Origin: Negaprion brevirostris
Taxonomy: Eukaryota
Reading direction: 5' to 3'
Length of the DNA stretch: 64,000 nt
NCBI GenBank assembly: GCA_030324005.1
Contig: JARDVH010000001.1
Location: 118,475,597-118,539,596 of the forward strand
The translations under genes were made by a program, and so were the position numbers. Positions 49,301 to 60,215 of this stretch are shown here, piece after piece (position 1 is the stretch's first letter; each line of letters starts with the position of its first letter). The notes beneath the pieces were generated by a model, which did not search any database, was not told where the DNA came from, and saw only the letters and a list, made by a program, of their open reading frames with translations.

Positions 49301-50600
49301 AACTATGATAGTATGAGACATGAATTGGCCATGAAGAACTAGGAAACATTACTGAAAGAAAAGACAATGGACAGGCAATGGCAGGCATTTAAAGAACGAA
49401 TTGGTGAACTCAAGAAGTTGTTTATTCCTGTTTGGCACAAGAGTCGTAAGGGAAATTAGAGACTATATCAGATTCAAGGAAGAAACATACAAATTAGCAA
49501 GAAAAAGCAATAAGCCTAAAGATTGGGAGCAGTTCAAAATTCAGCAAAGGAGGGCTAAGGATTGATTAAGAAGGGAAAAACAGAGTATGAAAGTAAACTA
49601 ACAAGGAACAGAACTTACTGTAAAAGTTTCTATAGATACGTAAAGAGAAAAAGATTGACAAAAATGAAGGTAGGCCCCTTAAAACCAGAAACTAAAAAAT
49701 TTATAATGGTAATAAAGAATTGGCTGAGGAATTAAAATTGAACTTTGCTTCAGTCTTCACAAAAGAAGACATGAATGATGTACCAGAAGTGCTGAGAGAA
49801 ACATGTTTTAGTGAGGACCTGATGGAAATCAGAATAAGTAGATAAATAGTTTTGGGGAAATTGATGGGATTGTAAGTGCATAAATCTCCAGGTCCTGATA
49901 ATCTTTATCACAGAATACTTAAGTAAGTGGCCCTGGAAATCCATTGGTGGTTATTTTCCAAAATTCTTTGGATTCTGGAATAGTTCCAACAGATTGGAGG
50001 GCAGCTAATGCAAGCTCACTAGTCAAAAAGAGAGGTAGAGAAAAAACAGGGAACTGTAGAGCAGTGAGCCTAATGTCGGAACTGGGAAAGTTGCTGGAGT
50101 CCATTATCAAGGATTTCATATCTCAGCATTTGGAAGGCAGTGGGATAATCAGACACAGCGTGGATTTACACAAGGGAAATCGTGCTTGATGAATCTATTG
50201 GAATTCTTGGAGGATGTAACAAGCAGTGTTGACCGATGGGAACTAATGGATGTGATTTATTTAGTCTTTCAGAAGGCTTTCGACAAGATCTCACATAACA
50301 GACTACTATGTAAAGTTAAAGCACATGGGATTGCAAGTAATGTAGTAGATAAATCCCCAGTACCGGACAGGGTATTCCCTCAAATCTTGAAGGAGACTAG
50401 TGTTGAAATTACAGGGACCCTGGCAGATATATTTAAAATGTCGCTATCCACGGGTGAAGTGCCAGATGATTGGAGGATAGCTCATGTTATTCCGTTGGTT
50501 TAAAAAAAGCTCAAAAAGTGATCTGGGAAATTATAGGCCAGTAAACTTGATGTCAGTACTTGATGTCAGTAGTAGGTAAATTATTGGAAGGAGTATGAAG
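49301..50600 (+). mobile_element. CR1 ORF2 internal fragments, two abutting pieces with a junction near 50345
   Basis: KSFYRYVKRKR, KSPGPDNL, GIVPTDWRAAN..GNCRAVSL, FQKAFDKISHNRL; then a restart at DKSPVPD...GEVPDDWRIAHVIPL..GNYRPV. Confidence 0.88.
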
Positions 50601-50720
50601 AGATAGGGTCTACAAATATTNNNNNNNNNNNNNNNNNNNNNNNNNNNNNNNNNNNNNNNNNNNNNNNNNNNNNNNNNNNNNNNNNNNNNNNNNNNNNNNN
50701 NNNNNNNNNNNNNNNNNNNN

Positions 50721-51290
50721 CAAAGGAAGACCCAAACCTTGCCTTATTGTCACTGGAATCTACACCCCTGAAGACTGATATGAAATCATCTGCAGAGATG
50801 CTGATGGAAGAAAGTAGAACACAACTCTGTCAAGCAAGATACAGCCTCCAAGTGACTAGGAGAAAGTAAGACAGCAACTCACTGTTACAGAAGTAAAAGG
50901 ACGCCGACATTTTATTAAGTGTGCCAGATCCCTGCCTGTGTTCTTGAAAAGATGAACTTTATTTGTATAGGATCCAATTATGAAAACCTGGAGCACAGCA
51001 AAAGCTTTTGGCGAAGCTGACACTCTAAAGTTATACATCATAGAAACTAAAACCTTTAAGTAAATGAGAAGGAACAGAGTTCATGTTTGACCTGCACCTC
51101 AGTTGAAAAATAGAAATGATCATCATCAACAACAACATTAACCAGTGAGTCAATATCAACAGTGTCACCAGGAAGTGACACAACAGTAGCAGCATTAAGC
51201 ACAACTTCCAACACCTTGTGCAATGTGCCAACTCATCACCGAAAGTGATGAATGCCAAATCTGTAAGATAAGAAAAGCACAACATTCTAC
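50721..51290 (+). mobile_element. Gypsy integrase C-terminal remnant, likely continuation of 47020-48212
   Basis: KEDPNLALLSLESTPLKTDMKSSAEMLM, TW..AK, YIIET...RRNRVHV. Confidence 0.7.
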
Positions 51291-52511
51291 TGCCTAAGCA
51301 ATGTTGTGAATGATATCTTGAGGAAAGAAAGCTATAAATTATAACAGACCTAAAAATTTCAGTTTCATTATAAAGTTGATTGTTAATCATCATATATTTA
51401 AAAAGTCAGTTATTGGAATAGTTCTATTGGTATAGAGGCATTTTTAAAAAGAAAGACCTCAATATATTATTATTTGTAAAGAGCTAGGAACTAATTATTA
51501 CATGCATTTACATTGAGGGTGCCATATTTTACTGCTGCACCACAGCCAGGTACTGAACAATATCATCGCAGTTGACAAACTGCTTGGAGAACAGCAAGAA
51601 GCACATCTATGAAACTAAAGGATTTTGAGACTAGTAGTGTGGGAATAGGGAGGCATAACAATACTGTGTAGGTTTATACCTCAGTTGAATTCTTGTTAGA
51701 ATATAATACACATTCATTTTGAAGACCTGGATTTCTAGGCTCTTTACATCCTGAATAGATTGAACTCTGTATGTATGAGAGATGTAGGAGGAAAATCACA
51801 TCCCGTGATGCGGTATATTGGCTGATTAAACTAATCAGCTAATAATTTCTACCCCAATCTTTTTATTGATGCTGTTTCCTTTTCATTGCATAACAAAAGA
51901 TACCATAACTTTTGTTTCATACAGTGACCAAATTTTAGTCACAACAGCTAATCCAGAACGCAGCATGTCTTGTTACACAAAGACTACAAGTAATGTGTTC
52001 AGACTAAATTTTTTCCTCTATATACTAAAGAAGCAAGGGAAGTGGTTTCTATTATAGAGTCACCTTGGTTATCATCTTACTACAGCATATGTCTCAAGAG
52101 AATTATCCACTTCTAGGTCTTGGCTGGAAATTTCCCAGGGGCCTGAAAGGTTGCGTTGGGGGTGATGGGGTAGCTGTATGTTCTTCAGGTGTTTGAGAAT
52201 GAAATCATTAGAAGCCGTTGCCCCAGTTGTTTCCTTTCTCAGGCTCAACTGTTATTCCTCCATTGTCTGGTTGTCTGCTAATCAAGACTCAGGAGGTACC
52301 AATCATTGTTTATGAACCATTGGAGTAATTACACAATGCTATGCTTCCTCCAGGGAGCTGCACTGACAGGTATTGTAGCTTGATTTTGGTGCTGCAGTTC
52401 CAGTAAAGTGATGGCAGTAGAGTGGAGCACTTCCAAAGAAATTCTCGAGCTTGATTAAGAATGCTGCAGGATAATTATTAAGAATGCAGGGGGCATGGAG
52501 TTGGGAGTGGG

Positions 52512-52586
52512 GTGTTAGCGTGGATAGAGGATTGGTTGTCAAATAGGAGGCAGAGAGTGGGGGTTAATGGGTGCTATTCGGATTGG
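52512..52586 (+). mobile_element. CR1 RT fragment at gap edge
   Basis: LAWIEDWLSNRRQRVGVNGCYSDW. Confidence 0.85.
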
Positions 52587-52686
52587 NNNNNNNNNNNNNN
52601 NNNNNNNNNNNNNNNNNNNNNNNNNNNNNNNNNNNNNNNNNNNNNNNNNNNNNNNNNNNNNNNNNNNNNNNNNNNNNNNNNNNNNN

Positions 52687-52845
52687 GAATGGAGAGTTCT
52701 GGCCCATTCACTCCATTCACCTGACGAAGGGACAAACCCGAAAGCTAGTAAGTTTACTATCAAATAAATCGGTTGGACTTAAACCTGGTGTTGTCAGACT
52801 TTTTGCTGTGTTTACCCCAGTCCAGCGCCGGCACATCCACATCAT
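52687..52845 (+). mobile_element. Penelope pseudo-LTR
   Basis: Same family as 4292/5365: TTTACTATCAAATAAATCGGTTGGACTTAAACCTGGTGTTGTCAGAC...CCACATCATG. Confidence 0.78.
52716..52751 (+). ncRNA. minimal type I hammerhead ribozyme motif
   Basis: TTCAC-CTGACGA-A-GGG-ACAAA-CCC-GAAA-GC-T-A-GTAA: intact core boxes, 3-bp stem II, AGCT palindrome, predicted cleavage after A52747. Confidence 0.6.
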
Positions 52846-52894
52846 GACTACTATCGGCAGTGGGTAAAAACAGTGCCTCTGAGGAAGAAGCTCA

Positions 52895-52942
52895 GGATTC
52901 AAATCCACCTGGATTCAAATCTACCTGGATTCAAATCCACCC
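52895..52942 (+). repeat. 3 x 16-bp tandem repeat of a B-box-like SINE segment
   Basis: GGATTCAAATCCACCT, GGATTCAAATCTACCT, GGATTCAAATCCACCC. Confidence 0.9.
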
Positions 52943-54409
52943 CAGGACTTGATGACCAAGGAATGTATGTTCATAATGTAGCCAAAAGAATTGGGTAACT
53001 TGTAAATCCCTCTGGCATATGCACTGAGTGGGAGAAATTCCTGGTTAGCCCCGTGTGACAGAAAAAAAATTGAAGTATCTATCATCACTAGTCATAGCTC
53101 CAGAATAAAAGATATATGTAAAAGTGCATGTGGTAGCTCAGAGCTATGACTAATGAAGGGAAAAGCTTATAGCATGCAAAAGTGCATTTTTGCCATGGCA
53201 ACTCCACTTCTTGAATGGAGGCAGTTGGTCAGTTGACTGAAGGGCTAGTGTGGATCAGTTTGCTGCCAACAAGATATGATTTGATTTCTGTTCTGGATAG
53301 GCTGGATTCAGGACCTGCCTGTCTATCCAAGTGTTGGTGAAGATTGCATGGTGCAGATCAGATATGCTTGTGGACTGAGAACAGAAGAATTGTTGTAGTG
53401 TATTGATCCTACTGTTGCAGGATTCATTAAATCTGGCATTCTTTCTGAGCTTTATCATTTTCTTTGTCTTGCGGTTTCTGACCTGAGGTTTCTATTGACC
53501 TGCTACATTCTCAAAAGTCTGTGAGTCATGTTAACTGTAATGTCAAGTGGGCCCCAGACAGCATAATCATCATGTGGTTTGTAAGTTGACTGCTATTAGT
53601 GGAAGACAATATCATGTTCTGTTGGGCCGTAATATGACCAACTGCCCCTATGATATTTATTAACATATTGGACATTTGTTCAATTGGGATAATGTTAGCT
53701 GCCTTACTGGTCCCAGGTCCTGCTTGTAATTCATGTGGTTTGAGATTCTAGTGACATTCGAATTGGGTTTGCCTCTTAAAGTTAAATCTGTAACTGTTAA
53801 ATCAGAGCAGTTTGGTAACCTGATGGCTCTTGCTACTTTCATGTACATATTTTCTGAAAATTGAAACTATAAACATGATTGTATGTGTCATATTACATGG
53901 TGCGCACATATTCATTTCTAAAACAGAGATTTGAAACATTGCTTTAACACATTTCTATATAATAATTATCTGAAGGAATTGTTATATTTTGCTATATTTG
54001 CTATACTATTGCTATATTGTTAATACTTTTCTCATGAGGATAAATTCATGCGCTTTTTGAAATGTAGAATTTCTGTGTGGGAAAATGAAATCTCTTTCTA
54101 AATTTGGCACAATATCAGCTCCAGAGTTCCCAGTCATGTCAACAGAGTAAGTCTCTTTTATACTCTTCCTCAATTCAATTTGTTAGGTTGACCCCCAAAG
54201 TTGTGAAGGGTAGCCCATGGTAAACGTGAGCTTTGGTGCTGAGTTATTGTCAGTTTTCTGCTTTGTCTCTGACAGAGCCTTTTTTGTTCAGTCAGCGCAC
54301 TGAAAATATTTTGGGCAATTCACCTATAATTTCTCAATTTACATGGCTGCGTGTGAGGCCGTAATTATGATGCAGAGCTTGACGTAATTTCCCCACTTTT
54401 AAAAGTAAC

Positions 54410-54510
54410 TCTTGGGATAGAGGCACCTCTGGGAAGACAGTCATTTATTGCCCATCTCTAATTGCCTTTGAGAAGGGGTGGTGAGCTACCTTCTTGAAAC
54501 GCTGCAGTCA
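54410..54510 (-). mobile_element. LINE (CR1-group) terminal fragment
   Basis: CATTTATTGCCCATCTCTAATTGCCTTTGAGAAGGGGTGGTGAGCTACCTTCTTGAA; a related piece lies at about 24340-24402. Confidence 0.55.
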
Positions 54511-54539
54511 TTTGTAAGCCATACGGTGTATCTTACTGA

Positions 54540-54820
54540 GACCAATGCTTTTGGTGGGCTTTATAGATCAAGGCATAAAGTACAAAAACCAAGACATTTT
54601 GTTAAACTTGTATAAAATAATTTGTGATTGTTGTTTCAGTTCTGAGCACCCGAAGGCTTTGTAAAGGGTTCAAAAGGAAATTGGATAAATATCTTGGAGA
54701 AGAAAATGGGGAAAGAGCATATTTTTGGGTGGGGTAGGACTATCTGCATTTCTTTTCAAAAAGACTAGCACAGACTCTGGCTAAATGGCCACCTTCTGAG
54801 CTGCAGTGTTTTATTCTATA
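54540..54820 (+). mobile_element. old CR1 3' remnant
   Basis: G IKYKNQDILLNLYK, TTCAAAAGGAAATTGGATAAATA, and tail GGCTAAATGGCCACCTTCTGAGCTG...ATTCTAT. Confidence 0.6.
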
Positions 54821-55335
54821 GAGTGCATTGTGAAAGCGCCAGATAGCTACTGTTGGGTGTTAAAGGCAGAGAAACAGGAGAAACACCCTAGCCTATGATT
54901 TGTCTCCTGGCCCTGGCTCCTATAGACCCATAGGCAAGAAATGCATTTACCCTTTCCATGTAGTACAGGAGTGAATACACTTGAAAAATCTTCATTATCT
55001 GTAAAGCACTTTATGATGTCTGGAGGCAATGAAAGACACAATATGAAGCAAATCTTTTCTTTTAATGGTATTCCTTCTATTTTTAGTGTGCTGCTGCTTT
55101 GGTGAAAGGTTTACTATGGTCTGAATATGCGTGGTGCGTTTCTTGAACTCAAGCAAAGACACTCCTATTGCTTTAGAAGGAGAAACTCTATCTGTATTCC
55201 AGTGCTGCAGAGAGATGGAAATGAAATGGTGTTCACGTGACTACAATCTGCACAAGTGCCTCAGTGCTACAAGATGCAATGATGTGTACAGAGAGGGTGA
55301 CAAATTTCTGTGGGTCTGGAAGTGAATTTCCTAGT

Positions 55336-58300
55336 TGTTGTGATGGGCAAGGGGAATTATCAATAGATCTCCCTTTGAGCTTTGTGGAGCACAAACCCCC
55401 TTACCGAGTGGGTGGTGGCTCACTCAATGGCAACTGAGCAGTGGGTGGTGGGTGGGTTGGGGTTAGGGGGGTGGATGGGAGGATTTAAAACCCATTGCTT
55501 CAATCCAGGCTGGTATTCTAAGTCCCTGGGTGTTGACTTGTACGCTGTAAGCCATGGATGTGACTCACTCTTACATTGTCTTTAAAGAACTTTTGGTGAT
55601 GGAAGACTGGCCTTGGTGGAATTATTACATTGGCAATGAGGAGTACAAATGATCTTTTTTCTCTCTGGACAACCTCTGTAGTCAAGAACAAGCAAGTCTA
55701 TCATAACTCTAAGACACCAAAGGGGAAGACTGGACCCAATATACAGAATGCATGCGTTACTTCCGCACTTCAAAGGAAGAAATAAAAAGATGATAAAAAG
55801 CTTACCTGGATGCCCCTGACTCAAACTTTTAATCATCTAGTGACCTGGTGAAAAAACCATAACCAACTGCAGTCCTCTCTTAAACTCCAGAGATACTCCT
55901 TTTAACCTGCCACCAAGTTTCTGATTAGGATACAAACATCGGCAGAACATTGTGAATTTGGTCTTCCTCTAAACAAAACATTGTGAGACAGACTGGTATG
56001 TGGCATAAATCACCTGATTGCTCAGAAATACTATTGGCAGAACCCAACCTAGATTTTTAAAAAACCATTGAAATAGCTCTAACACTGGAAAGTGCAGAAA
56101 AAGGAGGGTCAGGAGCTACAGGGATATCAAACAGCAATGTCTTCCAGTTAGAGGGCTTGTGTAATCAGTCCTCAATGGAGAGCGTAATCATGATGTTAAA
56201 GGGCTCCTTACAACATTGGAGCTCTAATAACATCACCAGGCAGTCAAGGAAAGGCAGTGAAGGCCCCCAGAATATTCAGGAACATATTGCAGAAGGATAT
56301 GGACGTCAGACTCTGGATTATTGCAAGCACTGCCAAAGGGCACAGCCAAGGTCAAATTTTAGGAATAAGCACGAAGTGTGCTGATCAGTGAAGAAGCCTA
56401 GGCTAGTACCTGACCATAGCATGGAGATATATCTACTTCAAGAAACAGCGACATTATAACTTAATCACATCAGCAGGACAAAGGTTAGCCCTTTAGTAAT
56501 GGGACTACTGATGAACGTCATCCCGTGAAAATGGAGGTGGGCATGGAGACTGTGGTCTCCATTATTGGGGATGAGTCATACAAGCACCTCCAAACTGCAT
56601 CAAACTCCTGAGCTTAGAAGATACAAAAAGCCGCTTTAAGGATCCTTGCAAATAAAAGGCACCACAGTGGCTCCACTGAATTACAGGCAGCAATCAGCTG
56701 GTTTCTTGCTCATTGCTGTTTGGGAGCAAAGACCAAGTTTTATGGGGAGCCAATCCCACCCCATAAAACTTGGTCTTTGCTCCAGCTGATCAGGCTGAAA
56801 TGGTTGGATCTTCATGCAGTCCCCACATACCTAGCCTGAAGTTATTAGTAGATACTCTGGAGTTTTCCACAAAGGACTGTGGAAGATAAAAGAAGCCAAA
56901 GCCAAGATTTACATTGACCCTGATGCTACATCTCAATATTCCAGAGCAAGTCCAATCCTATCCTCCCTGTTGGAGAAAGTGGACACTGCACTAAGGTACC
57001 TTGAAAGTGTAGATCTAACAAGGCCATGCAATTTGCAAAATGGGCTGCACCTGTAGTACTCATTCTTCAATTCGGACTAACTTGCCCAGTTTAAGAACGG
57101 GTACGCTTAGTTAGCAGGTGGCCAGGCATTCTGCAAGTTGGTCATGAGCCACGCCTATCTCCAGCTTGAATTAGATGCAAAAACATGTGACAATCAACAT
57201 GCACAAGTCTCTATATGAGTATATGTGCTTCTCTTTGGAGTCACATCAGCGTTTGCCATATTCCAATAAACTAAGGAGAACATACTTAAGGGCTACCCCG
57301 AGTGGCGGTATACTTTACATGACGTCCTGGTCATTGAGCTTCAGAGCAAGAGCATCTGGCAAACCTAGCAGATGTCTTGCAGAAATTCTCAAAAACCAGA
57401 ATGTACTTGGAGGGAAAAATACGTCTTTCAAGCAACTGAAGTGACCTGCATAAGCTATCGGGTAGATGACAAAGGTTTACACCCAGCAGAGGATAAGGTG
57501 AAGGCCATTAAGGAAGCACCAACTCCAAGGAACACCATGGATTTAAAATTCTTCCTGGGATTAGTAAATTATTACGGAAAATTTATCCTGAATTTGGCTT
57601 CCACGCTGACCCTTTTGCATACCCTACAATGCAAGTATTAAAGATGATCTTGGGAGACTCCACAGGTGGAGGCTTTTGACAAACTTAAATAACAGCTACT
57701 ATCACCTAATTTATTTGGTCCATTTTGACCCCAGGAGAGAACTCATTCTGACATGCAGTGCTTTTCCATTCAGGTGGTAACTTCACATCACTGGAAAGAC
57801 GGGAGAGAAAGACCTATTGCATACACATCCAGAACCCTTTTGGATGCTAAGTGGAGGTATTCTCAGATCAAGAAAGAGGGATTGATGGTTGCATTTGGTG
57901 TGAAAAAAGTTCCATCAATATGCCTGTGGCAGATGTTTCATTATAGTTACCGACCACAAATCTTATTGGGATTTTTAAAGAATGATTTCCCTCCCCATTG
58001 CCTCCGCACGGATATTACTTTGGGTCTTGTTTCTTGCTGTCTATGAATACCTTCTAGAATACTGCCATGGAATCTGGATGGCTAACACCAATACGCTGAG
58101 TTGCTTCCCATTGCCCACAAACCTGGCTTCTCTACCAGCATTAGAAGAGGTTGTGATGAAGCTACATTTTTTTGGAGATCCTGCCAGTGTCCACAAGGCA
58201 GAGGCAGACTAGACTCAAAAGGATCCAATCTTATCTAAGATATGACCTTGTATGGCAAATTCCAGGGTCAACCTTCAGAAGATAGAAAACCCAATCTGGC

Positions 58301-59504
58301 TAAGAAAGTTGAGCTCCATGTTGAGGATGGGATCATTCTCTAGGAGTTCCGAGAAGTTGCCCCTTGCCCAGGGCCATGTCCGAAATTAACAAACATGTAA
58401 TGGCTACCTGGGAGTTATGTCTGCCTGCCTGGCTCAACTCAGGCATCAAAGACCAGGTGAAACACTGTAACTTGTGCCAAGAGATTCAAAAACTCCCTCC
58501 CTTAACCTCCTTACATCCATTGGTACCTGTGCACATGGACTTTGCTGCATCCTTTATGAGTTTCATGTTTTTAATCATGATAAATGCAAATGGGTGGAGG
58601 TGCACCACATGGGCACAAGCCTTGTGCAAAACCACTGTCCCATTAACGTTCCCTATTGTTCCCAAATCTGGCAGGAAAGGTGGAGTCCCAACAAGAAAAC
58701 CAGAAAAAAAGCACAATTCTCTATGGGCAGAAAGAACATTTAAAATGGCTTACCTGGTTCAGATAAGGAACTTTTGGAGATGGTTCCAGTTGGGTCCCTG
58801 GGATTGTTATGGAGAAAATGGGGGCAATTGTCTTATAAAGCTAATGTCCAGGGTAAAATCATAAAGAAAAACGTGGGCCATCTCAGGGGCTGCAAATCCA
58901 CTCCTGAACAAGTCTCAATACTGGCCATGGAGGTGACCATCTCCAGCATCTGCCCACAACTCTAAGCCAACCCTGTGTTAGCCACTCTGGATAACAAGGA
59001 CACAGGCTCTGAGATGGAGGCAGAGGAAGCTGGTTTTCCAGCTGAAACAGAATCCTAAGAGGGACGTGCATCAGTCTCCCTGTGACGCTCCCTTTGAAAC
59101 CGAAGGCTCCATATTTGGTTCAAACTGCCAATCCCAGCTCTGCCTTTGATGGACCTTAGATCAAGTGCTAAGTAGCGAACAAGATTTTCCAATGACAAAG
59201 GTAGTGAGGGAGAAATGGACCCAAGGGGAAAGAGATGCCATGATGACTGTGAACGGCATCTGGGGAATCCTCAGTAGATCTGCCTGTGCATTTCATGGAG
59301 GATGGACTTCCTTATTGAGTGAGCAGAAGCTTGCTCAATGGGAAGTGAGCAATGCGGGGGAGTGGTTAAAACCTGGTGCTTCAACCAAAACCAGTATAGT
59401 TTGTCCCTGGGTATTGACTTGCATGCTGTTAGCCACAGGTTCAGCTCTTTTCTTGTGTAACCATTTTCTTGTGATGGAAGACTGGTTTTGGCTGAATCTT
59501 TACA
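55336..59504 (+). mobile_element. two-LTR Gypsy retrotransposon, fully decayed
   Basis: 5' LTR 55336-55629 and 3' LTR 59236-59504 share GTCCCTGGGT.TTGACTTG and TGATGGAAGACTGG..TTGG...TTACA; PBS-like TGGCAATGAGG at 55631; PPT AAGGGGAAAGAGA at 59223-59235; gag DRLVCGI, RT KVKAIKEAPTPRN..FLGLVNYYGKFI, RNase H ERPIAYTSRTL..YSQIKKEGL, integrase CNLCQ..VHMDFA. Confidence 0.88.
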
Positions 59505-60109
59505 CTGATCAAGCTGAAGATTTGATCATTATGCAATGTATGTAGATAGACCACAGTAAGAAAGTATGTTTGAGTAGGCTGTCAGGATGTTTTAGAACTT
59601 GATTCTCATTCTTCTCTTAACTCTTGTGGAATGCATTGCTGCCAGTACCTCTCAAGTACATTTCATAAGTGAAAGTTCTTTGCGTGTAAGCTTACACAGT
59701 GAGTATTGGCAGGTTGCTCAGCAATGAAGGCCAACGTAGTTGACTCCAATTATATCTTCCTTCATTGGCTATGCATGTATATTTTCCAATAACAATCTCT
59801 GACTGGTAATCAGGATTGAAAGCCCTTGTAGATTTTCTCCTTTCTAGATTATGATGCTGAGGACAAATGTAGCACCCCAAGAATCACAATGCCATGTGAA
59901 TCAGAACCAGATCAAATTGAGTACTTTTTCCCACCGAGACACGAGGAGAGCTGGGCTCAGTTTCTTTTTGTTAAGTCTGACAAGCACTTACGTGCTACAG
60001 TAATGTATTAACTGCTTTCGTTTCCAATCCTCTGGAATATTTCCTCTTTAGATGGACATACAGCATAAGAGGACATCACAGATTGCAATTGCTGCAGAAT
60101 GTTTGCAGA

Positions 60110-60215
60110 CTTTGGGATCGTTCTGTTTCTCTGTCCACTGTGCTGCCAGAACTGATGAGTTTTTCTAACGTTTTCTGTTTTCATTTCCGATTTCAAGCAT
60201 CCACAGTATTCTGCC
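60110..60215 (+). mobile_element. Penelope pseudo-LTR tail fragment
   Basis: TCTGTTTCTCTGTCCACTGTGCTGCCAGAACTGATGAGTTTTTC...TTTTCTGTTTTCATTTCCGATTTCAAGCATCCACAGTATT. Confidence 0.65.

Noticed and set aside
4292-52845. Recurrent TGTGTTTACCCCAGTCCA...CCACATCATG motif as a CRISPR-like repeat
   Set aside because: Copies are dispersed kilobases apart, have no regular spacers or cas genes, and are Penelope pseudo-LTR termini in a vertebrate genome
53089-53152. 12-bp inverted repeat TAGTCATAGCTC / GAGCTATGACTA
   Set aside because: Short stem with a 40-nt loop and no supporting context; probably a local template-switch scar
55060-55325. TTTTTAG acceptor-like site at about 55086 with downstream ORF
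   Set aside because: All three frames stop within about 60 nt of the acceptor and there is no strong donor
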